Shown here: one piece after another, positions 13,984 through 27,400 of the stretch
How the letters are laid out: every line of letters begins with the position of its first letter
How positions within the stretch are numbered: position 1 is the stretch's first letter
Assembly: GCF_964355755.1 (NCBI RefSeq)
Contig: NC_092677.1
Location: 2,006,101 to 2,070,100, forward strand
Reading direction: 5' to 3'
Source of the DNA: Antedon mediterranea
Taxonomy: Eukaryota > Animalia > Echinodermata
DNA length: 64,000 nt
The notes under the pieces: model-generated
What the model was told of the DNA's origin: nothing
The model's input: only the letters and a program-made list of their open reading frames with translations
The model's database searches: none
Made by a program: the position numbers and the translations under genes

Positions 13984-14715
13984 AATAATGAATGTTTACG
14001 AGTGGAATGGTACAAATAATGAATGTTTATGAGTAGAATGGTACAAAATAATGAATGTTTATGAGTTGAATGGTAGAAATAATGAATGTTTATGAGTGGA
14101 AAGGTACAAATAATGAATGTTTATGAGTGTAATGGTACAAATAATGAATGTTTATGAGTGGAATGGTAGAAATAATGAATGTTTATGAGTGGAAAGGTAC
14201 AAATAATGAATGTTTATGAGTGGAATGGTACAAATAATAAATGTTTATGAGTGGAATGGTAAAAATAATGAATGTTTATGAGTGTAATGGTACAAATAAT
14301 AAATGTTTATGAGTGGAATGGTAAAAATAATGAATGTTTATGAGTGTAATGGTACAAATAATAAATGTTTATGAGTGGAATGGTACAAATAATGAATGTT
14401 TATGAGTGTAATGGTACAAATAATGAATGTTTATGAGTGGAATGGTACAAATAATAAATGTTTATGAGTGTGATGGTACAAATAATGAATGTTTATGAGT
14501 GTAATGGTAAAAATAATGAATGTTTATGAGTGTAATGGTACAAATAATGAATGTTAATGAGTGTGATGGTACAAATAATGAATGTTTATGAGTGGAATGG
14601 TACAAATAATGAATGTTTATGAGTGGAATGGTACAAATAATGAATGTTTATGAGTGGAATAGTACAAAAAATGAATGTTTATGAGTAGAATGGTATAAAT
14701 ATGAATGTTTATGAA
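13984..14715. repeat. 31-bp minisatellite, about 23 copies
   Basis: Unit AATAATGAATGTTTATGAGTGGAATGGTACA with point variants; lies downstream of the receptor stop codon. Confidence 0.95.
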
Positions 14716-15484
14716 TGAATTTACATATTGTTATATATTGATAGAAACATTGGTTACAAAATGAATGTTTCTGCATAGATAGTGTACAAAATAGATCATC
14801 GTAAGATTATTTACTTGGCTAGAACATACATATTCCTTGTCATATTAAAATGAAACTAAATGTCATTGTCATACAATCAAAATCAGCAAGATATAAGGTA
14901 TTAAATGCTTCATCTTTCATTAGTTCAGAAGTTTAGTGTAGACATATGCAATAATAATTAAAAACGATTAAAAAACATTTGTACACATAAAAATAGATAA
15001 ATGAGAAATTAATGAATGAAAAAAGAAGTTACATGTCATACTTTAAAATTGTTTGAAGGTTTGCAAGATCAATTAACAATAGAGTGGCGATAATAAAGTG
15101 ATGACCAGGACTTCAAACTCAGTAACATCATGGATATGTTTTATGTTTGTGTGAGGAATTGGGTCATGAGGATTCAATTGATTCAACTTCACCGAATCCT
15201 AGGTACAATGATTACCTAGAAATTTGGGAAAATCAATTGCTGTTCAGTATATCCCAAAAAAATTTTTCCATTATTAAGTTCTAGTCTTGGTTACGTCAAG
15301 TAAATAATTAACTAAAAGAAAACACCACCAGAGTAACAACAGCAGATTATGAGCGGTAAATTAGAATTATAAAATTAGTTTTGAAAAATGATTAATCTTG
15401 TTTTCAATTTATATATCAGCACTACTTATAAAGTCATTTCTTATATTAAACCTCCTATTGGAAGTTTAAATTACAGCTTTGACT

Positions 15485-18400
15485 TTACAAGAACTGTTTC
15501 AAAGAGTATTTGATGGAGCCAATGTTACCTTCTTCTTTCGTGGTGTATATTTGCAAATAAAAATAATTAGATTCACATTTGTATAGCAAAATATGTGAAT
15601 CACTTTCACTAGAATAATTCATCCTAATTGGTATATTATTACCTATTTTACTATTATACATAAACTTCAGAATTCCATCATTCTCATTTTCTTGGATTAG
15701 GTGCCATAACCCTTTATTTTGGAATGTGGAATTCTCAACAAATGTTACCACTGTGTTTTCAGAGGCAACATTACCATTAGAAATATTAGATCCGTTTTGA
15801 GGCGAGTAGTGAGCATAGTGATAACCAGGTGGCTGTTGGTGTATGTCATTTGATGTCGAGTCTTGACTGACAATAGATGGAATACGAACTGGTTTCCCTT
15901 CAGAAACAGCAAAACTTGCTTCAGGTTTCCTACTGTCCAACATCTGCAAGGATGAACAAATTTGCATTTAGTTGTGCAATATTTAAAAATAGATCTTTTA
16001 TCGATGATGGATTTTTTGGGTTTATAAAACAGACTGGGATCATAATATGCTTACAAAAGTGACAGTTTTTACATTTAGGTATACTGTAAATTATTTGAGA
16101 AATAAAAGTTTCATAAGTTGTTACACTCGATTGCTGTAGACAACAAAAAAATGTTTCTTACGCTTGTAACTGGAACGAAACCGTTACAAAAGTCAATGCT
16201 ATTCCCTTCGTACACCCTTTTTTTTGTTTCTAAATCTGAAACAATGAGGTTGACTTTTGCCACATCTTCTTCTGTGATCTATGAAATTCAATATTACAAA
16301 TTTTTAAAATCTAATAAATCATTAATTCAAACATTATTTTTTTTCTTAATCTGTTTTGGAATTTCTCACCTGTATCCCTACTGCCCGGTGATTAATATTG
16401 TCTATAGAAAGTATGTGACTATTCCACTTTATTTCATTATCTGTCCACATTATGAACACTTTCCATTGTTGACCTACAGGAGCTATTTAAATAAAATTAT
16501 AATTTAATTCATACAAAAGAATACAAATACTTTATTCATCAGTTGCTGCTTTCAGATTTTGTACTTACTTTCTTAGCCCCCAAAAACAACATTTAGTGAT
16601 TATATATCAGCACTTCACTTCAATAGAAAATAACTCTATTTAACAAACATTATATCTTATTATTTCTTACCTATTAATGGATCATCAACATCATTTCCAT
16701 GACCTATATTAAAAATTAAATTCTGTTTTACTGGTTTATCAAATGTTGCAATAATGACTACTGATTGTCTTTTGTGAGTTCCTCCCACTTTTATTCCTTC
16801 AAAATAGTTAATTATTCTGATTGTTTTACTATACCTAATATTTTTGTAAGACATTTTTCTTTTAAAAGATAGGCTTATAAAATACATTTTGAACTAAACA
16901 ATAGGATATCTATGATTACATTTTTCCATTCTCAATTCATTTTCACAATTAAAATAATTAAAACCTAAACTTACAATTTATCACAAAAGCAGTACATAAA
17001 AATTAATAAGTTGAAGGCATAGGAGAAATTCCAAAATGCCCTGATATATACTGAAAATACATTTCACATGAAATATTAAATAGAATATTCAAATTGAGTG
17101 TGATGTAAGGTCTATTATAACTAAAACATTTAAAATTACTTACAAGCTTTCATTCTAATCAAACCGCCAACAAAAATTGTTCCAGTTGAAAGTTTTCCAC
17201 CACTACGCTGATCTAAAAGTTTTAGAAAAACAAAATTGTTTAGAAAAACTTTTTATGTTCCTTTTAAAATGCAATCTTTTGATAAAAATATTATTTTTAT
17301 TTATTTATTTATTTATTTCGGTATATAAAACATTACAAAAAGCAGAACAAGTCTGAAATTATTGTAGCACATTATATAAAAAATTTACATTACAGATAAA
17401 AAATACAAAACAATTTACAATATGCATAAGAAAAATAAATATGCTGTACATTAATCATTAAAATTTATCTAGTATTTTAAAAATATTTATCAAGGTTTTA
17501 ATTTATTTTAAGCAATATACTGTATACAATAGTATTAATTTAAATGAATTTATTTATTTTCTTATAAAAATCCTATATAAAAAAATTATTTCGAGTTAAG
17601 CAGATTAACAATATACGGTACAGCAGACCGTTTATATCTGTCGGTTTTGCATTTAGGCACTTCCAGATTTCCACCATTGGATCTAAGGTTTAATTTTCGC
17701 TTGCGGCAAGGAGGGAGCATATCCCTGTGCAAAGTCGATTTTATGAGACCCTGACCAAAGGAAAGGACCAGACTTTCCCTCCTTGCCGCAAGCGAAAGGA
17801 GTTGCGTCTCCTCTAAAGCTAAATCGTACGATATATAATTTTTTCCCAGGATAGTTCTTAGAGCTCTTTTTTGAACAGCTTCAATTTTATGTGCTAATTT
17901 TTTAGTAATTGCACCATGCCACACAGGGCATGCATACTCAAGAATAGGTCTAATATAGCAACAGAACACCTTGATCAGGTCATTCACAGACGCGCGAGAC
18001 CTCCTCATCACAAATAAAGCAAACATCTTTCGAGATGCCTTAGAGACTATGTCTGTGACATGCATGTCCCATTTCATATTATCTTGAATAGTAACCCCTA
18101 ACAATTTGAGGTTGCCAACACATTCAAGGATAGTATTGTTGAGGGTGAATGGCTGGAACTCACTAGCATTACGCAAAAAATTAATTGTCATAACATGGCA
18201 TTTAGACGGTTTAGGCAACATATTGTTAGCTTTACACCAGTCATCCAAATCATCAAGGAGACCTGTAAATGGGAATTATTGTTTTTTTTCACGACTTCAC
18301 CTAGAGTGAGATCATCCACATACTTCCATCTTCTGCAGCTTCCTAGACTGGCATCATTAATTAGGACCAGAAATAAAACTGGGCCCAATTTAGTGCCCTG

Positions 18401-21400
18401 GAGCACGCCGCAGGTGATCTTTCTTGTACCCGAGATGGTCTTACCCACTCTGGTATTGATGCCTCTATTAGTAAGGAAGCTGCAGATGATGGGTATTATG
18501 GATGATCTCACTCCGATATCTATTAATTTGTTAATAATTATAGTATGATCAACCCGATCAAAGGCTTTAGCAAAATCAACCGCGCATAAATTAACATAGC
18601 AATGTTTACCATCAGTATCCTTCAATACAGAATCAATTAAACTAATTAAGTAATGGGTGGTGGATGCACCCTTGCGGCTCCCGAATTGTCGACTATCAAG
18701 CTTAACGCTAATGTCCTCTATGATCCAATTAACTAAAAAAGTCTCAAAAGTTCTTGCTAATAAGGGTGTAAGTGAAATAGGACGCAGATCGTTACAGGTA
18801 TTAGCTCCTTTGATTTTAGGGACAGGTACTACTGTCGCATGCTTCCACCTATCAGGGAAAGTACCTGCTTTTAGGGCGCAGTTAAACACATTGGTTATAG
18901 GGGGCGCTAGTTCAAAAGCACATTCTCTTAAAAGTTTAGCAGGCAGGTCTTCTGGATGTCCTGCCTTTTTGGGTTTTATTGATTGTAGCAATCTCTGGAC
19001 CTGTCCAGGATAGATTTCAGGAGGCGGCTGCGAGGATGGAAGATATGCAGGCAAGTTGTTTTGGTCCAGAGCAGGTAATTGGCAACAGACATCCGCAAAG
19101 TGCTGATTAATTGATTCAGCGGTTTCCTTTTCGTTAAGACCTGGAATGCTAAATGACTGCTTCTGATTAAGATTACAAAGTTTTCCAACATTCTTGTGCC
19201 ATTTGGAGGAGTCCGAATTGTGAAGGCCAGAAATCGCGTCTTGGTAGTAAGATTTTTTCGCGTCCATAATCGCTTTTTGTACACCATTTCGAAGTTTTTT
19301 CCACTTGCTAGATTTTCCAAATTTAACATATGCTTTTTGTCGTTGCTTTATGAGTTGTTTCACTCTTTTCGTAAGCCATGGGTGATCAGTACTCCTCATT
19401 TTCAGCAACTCAGTCGGGAAATTACTATAATAGGCATTTTGTAGAGTAGTAGCTAGCATCGCAGTTTTATCATTTGTATCCATAAGGTCGTAGACATTAT
19501 TCCATTCATAATCAACTAACCACTGGCCAAATTGCCTCATGGACGAGTCCTTCATAGGTCTAATCTTTACCGCGAAATGATCATTTTTAGGTAAACAAGT
19601 TATAGGCTTCATTAACACCGAGACGTGATCACTGCTCCCAATGGGTGCTTTCCGTACTATATCATCATATAATTCAGGGTAATTCATAAAAATTTTGTCA
19701 AGTGTAGAATCTTTCCGTGTATGAAAATTAACTACTTGAGTTAGGCCAAGATTGTCACAAAGCTCATTAGTATTAAGGTCGTTGAAGTCACCTAGAATTA
19801 TAATTGGAACTTCATGGTTGGCACTGCGTATCCTGTCGACTGTTTCAATCACATGTGATACAAGTTGTTCAGCTCCAGCCGCTGCGGGTGGATAATATAT
19901 CGCACCAACATATAAGTGTTTCAAGCGCCTGATGTTATTGGGTATTGTAATACAACACCAAAGACACTCAAAATTACACTGATCATGGTGTTCAGTGTGA
20001 TTCATAATTAGCCTGTCAACTGAGTACACAGATACTCCACCACCTTTCCTTCCAACACGCATCTTATTGAAATGTTGATATCCAGGAATAGTTGCTAAAT
20101 TTTCAGTTTCGGCATTTAACCACGTCTCAGTTACAACTGCCAAGTCAATTTTGTATTTGCTAAGGGTAGCCTCAAATTCATCCACTTTGTTTCTAATTGA
20201 CCTTACATTGGTTAACAAAATCTTGGGGCACGAAAAAACGTTTATGTTCATGTACTTAGTATTCTCAATAGTTATAAGATTGCTCATTACTCGGCCTCTC
20301 GTTTTACTAGCTTTACTAGAGTAAGGTGTGTTAATAATCACCGATATTTTTCTTCTTAATTTCCTACCTCCTCGCTTGCGAGGTCTCCGTTTACAAAATG
20401 GCCGACTTGGTCTTGGCCCTTCACTGTTTAATTCGCTATTGAATGCGATGACGTCGGGAGGAGGTATGCCTCGGTTCGCGAATCGAAGTGCGACGAGATC
20501 CTGGGCTGAATATCGAAGATAGCACATCGTGGCTCAGGACAGAACTTTCACTATAGTGCTCAAAAAAGAACCAAAAACTATTCAAACGTAAGTCATACGG
20601 GTTGCACAACAAGAACAATACAAAATCACATAAACAATCAATCAAAAACGAGACAAAATCAGCAAAACTGCCAACACACGTGGAGCAAAAAAAAATGAAT
20701 GGAGTCGCAGATGAACAGCGCCACCAAAATACAATCCTTTATAGGAAGATAAGGCTAAACATATTTTAATTTTAAAATGAATTAGTAAAACATAGTACTG
20801 AACATATTTATAAATTATCATTATATGAAAAAAATATGATTGTAAGCATGATACTCCTATACAAATCTATTAACTAGACCTACCCCACCATCTGGTTTGC
20901 CTAGGCCTATATATAAACATCATGATAGAAATTTCAATCTATTCTCCTCTCTCGGGCGAGTTATTTCTATCTGCCTTATTAGCCTAGCTATAAAGTCCGA
21001 TTAAATTTCAGATTTCTTCATAAAATAACTCAAGCATCAATAAGTTATTTGTGCTTCATAAGGCGATTGCGTAGTTTCCCATATTTCTAAATAAAATGTA
21101 TTACTTATTTTTGCTGTCTGAGAAGGCCACTAACAAACCATCATGCCCAAAAAAAATCATGAAATAAATCATGGAAAGCATAATGTTGGAAAACGAAGAG
21201 AAGGTATTGTGTATATATGGCCTATGTTCTTAAAAACTCATTTATGTGGCACTTACCAAATTGTAATTCATCTATTTCACCAGCATCCAAATGGCTAAAT
21301 ACATCTTCTAGTTTTTGCTGTTGGTCTTCAAAGAAATGAAAAAGATCTTTGGTGTTTTGTGCATCCACATATCCAAGTAAAGTGAATTCATATTTGTTGC

Positions 21401-24400
21401 TAGGTAATGCCACACAGCTTAACATTCCACTGGTAAGAGAAAAGAAAAACAAAACATGTCATGGTAAAAACTAATACCAATTCATTCTACAGGGCCACTA
21501 GCTTTTTTTTTAAATTCAGGCAATACCTGTAATGAAATCCACCCACCCCCCACCCCACCCCCAAAAAGTAAATCCAAACATAATATATTACTGTTAGTGA
21601 AATTGCATATTAATGTATAATTGCAATATAAATTTTTTTTAATCATTTACTTACTTCTTTTCTAGAAAGCATTTACAATCTCTCCAAAAGATTGTTCTTG
21701 TTGCTAGGTGAAAATTTCCAGTATATACAACATACTTGGAATGGCCACTGCAAACAAGGCTGTAAATGTGATGTTTACTAATGACACAATTTATGAACCT
21801 ACAAAGGAAAATCCATGCATTATTTAGAACGCCGTTCCAAAACGCAAACGCAACCAAAAAATGATGGGTCGCAATGTTTCCGATGCTGATCCACTGATCT
21901 AGATGTGAAATGTTCTCAGTTTTTTAGAATCTACAACACTGATTACATTATACATCTACAGTTTTCTCCCAATGTTGACGCGAGTAGTGTACCCTCAAAA
22001 TTGGAAATCGACGACAGGGCAATGGACACTTTTGACGCATATTCGTTGAGGGTCCCTTAAAAATGAATCAGCTTCCGCTGGCTGGGTCACCTCGTGAAAT
22101 ATGGTTGAATAAATAAATACAAGTGGGGAATCCCTTTTTAGGACGTGGATTTACTACTTTACTATTTACTTGCTCGTTTGCAAAAGAGTTTTTAACTTGA
22201 CTGAAAAACTGTGAACTTTGATGTACCAGCGGTGGGAATTTTTACAATGAACATTCAATAGAAACAGGTCCATGCCAAATGATGTTATACTCACAGCGAT
22301 TCAGGGGAACTTTTTATGGTTCGGGAGAACCCCTTGACGTTAGCATTGAACGCAAATGTTATCCTTAATCATGTGTGTTTACCGGCGGAAAAAGTATGCT
22401 ACGATTGTTTTACCAATTGCGAGTGAGCTGTTGTTAGAGTGTCATTTCTGGCCAACTAGAGGTGCCATTTACAATGATTTTTACATGCGAGAGTACTATT
22501 TCCGGCCAAGTAGGGTTGTCATCTAACAAAATTGGCGAGAATTCTCAAACTAGTGTTAATACAGTTAAAATGGATGTGTTAATTTTCTAAACGTGCAAAA
22601 GTAATATTAATGAAGTTGAACAGCAAATACAGTATTATTACCAGACAGGCTAGCTGGTTAAAGATACAATGTGATAAAAAATCACACAAATGCATTCTGC
22701 TGATAACTTTTGACAGGACTGTATTTGAATCATGCTTCAGTCACTATCTTTTGCTGTTCAAAAGTATAGAGAACTAGAGTTCCGAAACTACAAACCTCCG
22801 CCTACTGTAAAATTCCCCTACATAAAATGTCCCCGGAAAATATATATATGTCTTTTAATTTTTTTTTATTAGTTCTAAATGTAAATAGGTTAACTGCACA
22901 CTACAAAGTTGTGGATGAGAGTTTGGTGTAATGGTTATGTATCCAGCCTCTCACAGTTGAGATCGCTGGTTCAAGTCCCGCTGAGGTTTTTTTATTTGTT
23001 TTTTTTTTGTGGACCTTGATCTTTGAACCTGACCCTTCAAAATTTAACCACAATTATATGATGAGTCAAGTTTGGTGAGAATCGGATAAAAACTGTGGTC
23101 TCCAGGCTGTTCACAGACACACACACAAACATACAGGGGTGAAACATAACCTCCTTGGCGGAGGTAATAATATGTAATAAAAAAGTTTAAACTAACCTCT
23201 CAACTGCTGCAAATACTGTTTTACACAATACCCCTGGAAAAGATACATATAACTATATTAAAAATTGCACATGAACAGTGCATTAAAAGAAATTAATTGA
23301 TAACTACCATAAATTTGATTTAAATGGTACACTAGAATATTTTATTTTAAACACAAAAAAACAATTTATTACAGTACCTTCTTTTGTCAATCTCATGTTG
23401 GGCATGTTACGCGAACACATACGCTGTTTGATCCATTCATACTATTTAAGAAAAAGATAAGTTGTAGTAATGTATAGGATAGAAACATTTTATTTTGATA
23501 AATTTCCGAAATAATCAGAATATCATAATCAGAAATAACTGTCAATAAGGTGAAAAATGGATTGATAATAAGGAATTTTTCTTTATATTATTATTCCTTA
23601 CAGTTTGTATTGGAAAATGTGATAGAGGAGCCTAGATCAACCAATAGCAAAGCTCAGATCTCTTACAATGTAGGTTACACTTCTGTGAATTCTAAATAAT
23701 ACTTTGCTTTTGTTATTGATTTAATATGGTTTCTGATTATAAAATCACATGACCCTCCCTTTTGGTAATAATTAACAGCCCATCTGAAGCAGGGTGGCTC
23801 ATTTTTAATCATCTAGAAAGCAACAAAATGTGCTTTCTTTACTTGTGTCATTAACATTTTTGCTTTACCTTATAGCAGAATATAATTAATAGTATTACTG
23901 CCATCACTATTATTGCTATTATACCAATGATGCCAAAGATGAACCATACTGAAGATCCAGTTGGAGATTCCTCTGGAGATTGAGGTATGGTGGTTTTAGA
24001 ACCTAACATGAAAAACAAAATTGGTAAAACTTAATTCAATTAATAATTGAAATATTGGTAAAATGGACCAATGTATTTACAGTAAGCCTCAACATTAGCT
24101 TTAAGTATCCCTGGAAAGAATGTCAGGCTTAATTCAACTTTAGAAATAAGATTATTCGTATGTAGAAATTATTAGAGTTGGAAACATTCTTTGCAATACT
24201 TGACAAACTTAGAAATTACCTGTGAAATGTAAAGGTATACTAGAGCTTTTGCTCAGGTAGCCATTGTCCCCTTTACAAGTTAAGTTTCCTACATCATTTT
24301 CATTGAAATCGTTTATTCGAATATTCGTACCACTAAGAGTAACATTGTATTTGTCTGAATTAAAGACATCTATATTATTGTGCGTCCAAGAGCAAGTAGC

Positions 24401-27400
24401 CTTTGGGGAAGAATCTATGGAACAGGTAATGATTCTACTGGTTTCCTTTGGTTCATTAAGATCAGATATCTGTGGGTCTTCCATATCTGAAAATACAACA
24501 ATTTTAAACAATATATAGTATTATAATACTATAGTAACTGTTCTACATAGTTTATCAATCCTGTATCCTGTGGCGAGTTACTCACCGTTGGATGAAAAAA
24601 ATTAAATAAAAAATAACATTAACAAGCCATATCCCAGAATAGTGAATTGCTTTCACCATTTACTGATCAACAATTAAACCAACTAGCATTATTGTAGTAT
24701 TTCAATGTTTGTGTATGTTATGCGCGATGTGAACGATTTGCGCAATTTCAAATTGCGCAAGTTTCTTGCGCAATTTAATATTGCGCAAGAAAATCCTTGC
24801 GCAATTTCAAATTGTGCAAGAATTCTTTGCGCAATTTTAAATTGCGCAAATCGTTCAAATCGCGCATAACATGTATACTTACAATAGATCGTCAATTGAA
24901 TGATTTTGGAATTAGGTGATATAGTTCCACCAAACATTTCTGTTAACCCACAGCGGAGTTTACCATCTTTCAACCCATCAAATCGGGATACTTTTTGGAT
25001 TACGAATTTTACATTCCCAGCTGTGTCATGGCTCACTGAATAATGTGTGTAAGGTGTGTTTGATGTCGATGATGCGATTTCATTTTCATCTAATTGGCAC
25101 CAAGAGCAAAAGTTGTCTAGAACAATTTCTGTGCCAGCATCCTTAAAGGGAATATCTATTATACACATTTGTCCATCTGTACAAGATTTCTCAATAACTG
25201 AAATCATAAAAAAAAAAAGTTAGACGGCACTAGGTATAGGTTAGTTAGACTACTAATACTAACAGAATAAGCTAGTGTAGATAGCCTCCAGAAAAGACAT
25301 TGATTGTGGAACAAATAGATAGGCTAGTTAATATTAATTACAGTACGCTGCACAGTTACAGTTCCGACAACGCAACTGCACAGCGATCCGCCAAAAAACA
25401 TCGGAAAAAAACCAAAAAATACCGGAAAAAAACAAAAAATACCAAAAGAAAAATACCAAAAAAAATGACTATTTACCGGAAAAAAACAACAGATAGTGAT
25501 AGTAACAAATAAATGTGATTTTTGTGTCAAAATCGATCATCAAACGCCACAAGTAAACATCTTTGTATAGAGGGCGCAGTCAGATTATGGTTAAAATAAT
25601 AATAAATAATATAGGCGGCCATTCTTGCTGTAGTTAATCGAGGTCTAAAAAAATAAATATTTACAATACTGTAATATTATAATTAATTTTAATCAATATT
25701 TTTTTTTTGTAGGCACGTACGCACCAAGTCATCCCTTTTTGTCTCCCTTTATAACCAACAATGGCCAATTTATCCCATTACACTATTTTCATAAATTATT
25801 CATATAAAAAAAACACCGCATAATTATCTGTTTCAGAACATTTAAGAGCCATTGTCTGTAAGAATCAAAGAAATATCAAAAAGAGTGGCAGACTAAAAAA
25901 AAAAGGATTTCTTTCAAATTTTGCACATGGCTATATATGTGTTGAGAGAAATCAAATATGAAGTATTTTTTATTTCACACGTATATTTCCATGGCAACGG
26001 CCAAATTTGTGTTTTTGACAAATTTTGTCCTTTTTTAAGGTTTTTTAAAATGGATATTGGTACTGCTTTGATGAACGATATTTTTGTTTTGTTCATTTAA
26101 TTATAAAAAATAATTAGTGTATGCATAATAACAATGCATTGTGTACCTGTTTCAAATGTTTTTATTTTTTTTTATTGCATACTTTGGGAGACACCATTTA
26201 TTTAAAAAGGGGTGTTTTTCACTTTTTTTAAATTGTTCAATGCAACTAAACTTTACTTGACCATAACGCCCAAAGTGGTGTATTTTTTTAGCTGATTTAT
26301 TACAAATAGGTAGTTCTAATGTTTACTAATTGATTTCTAAAATAAAATACTGGGGTAAATTTAAAATCTACAAGCAGTGTTTCGAGAAACATAGGCATTT
26401 TTATAAAAAAAAACATGGTATATTAGTAAAAACATTTTATTTTCTTTGATTATTTGATTTTAAACTCATTGGTCAGAAAAATTCTTAATGTTTTATATAG
26501 TTCTAGTTGTGTTGTGAGAAAAAAAAATTAATTTTTAATTATAGATTCTGTAATTCCCAGTTTTAATGTCATTTTATAGGTTATATCCTCTGGAAATTTG
26601 AATAAATTATCAGATTGTTGTGAATTTTAATCTTTGCAACAGATTACTCCTCTCTTATTTTGAAGCTCCTCTTTCATTTGTTTACTTCTTTTATTTGCTA
26701 ACCTAAGCAGATCCCACATGCCCATCCACCACCACTTTCGACTACCACCCCTCCCCTCCCACCCTGATCATCCACTATTCCACAATAGAGTGTCAAATGC
26801 ATGCATTCAAGCACCACCCACACTGCCGCTACTATCGCCTCAATGAATAGACGGATTCAAAGACCTCCATCCCACCCCCTCCCCCTTTCTCCAAGCCCCC
26901 ACCCACCCCAAGTTAAAAATTGCAATGCAAAAGATAGGACATAAAGTTAAGTTTTTAGACCCTCGCTTTCAACCCCCTAACTATTTAAAAGTCCTGGATC
27001 CACCACTTTCCCCTCCCCAAAATAGAACCAATCAAAAGTCAATAATATAGGCCTACTCAGGTATGTTAATGCTACATAACAAATATTGAAGCCCTGATTT
27101 GAAATTTCATTTCATTTAAGGTCAGCATGTAAAATATCACACTTTATTATTAAATATTGGTTTTAAATTCTATATTTTTTTTACTGTGATGGTTGGATTC
27201 AGTATTAATTATTAATTAATAATTATCTGATAATTATTTAATTTCCCTTAGTTATGCATAGCAACAGTTACTATGGTAACTAAAAATGAGATATTCTTCA
27301 GATTTTGCATATTTATCTCATACAAATTTAAATTTGTAGATTATTAGCAGGCATGCCTTATTTGCATTTTCAAATTACCGTTTCACAAGGTCATATTCGT

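Noticed and set aside
16671-17050. UNC5-type UPA domain reading of LYIRAF..YCFCD..EGIKVGG
   Set aside because: Superficial similarity only: no recognisable ZU5, TSP1 or death domain, and the paralog lacks these exons. FAMeT-like motifs fit more segments. Not fully excluded without a profile search.
18106-20645. Short ORFs antisense to or overlapping the LINE
   Set aside because: Alternative-frame shadows of the RT ORF.
15485-23441. IL-1R/TIR-type cytoplasmic domain
   Set aside because: No TIR box 1 (YDAFISY-like) or alternating beta/alpha pattern is visible.
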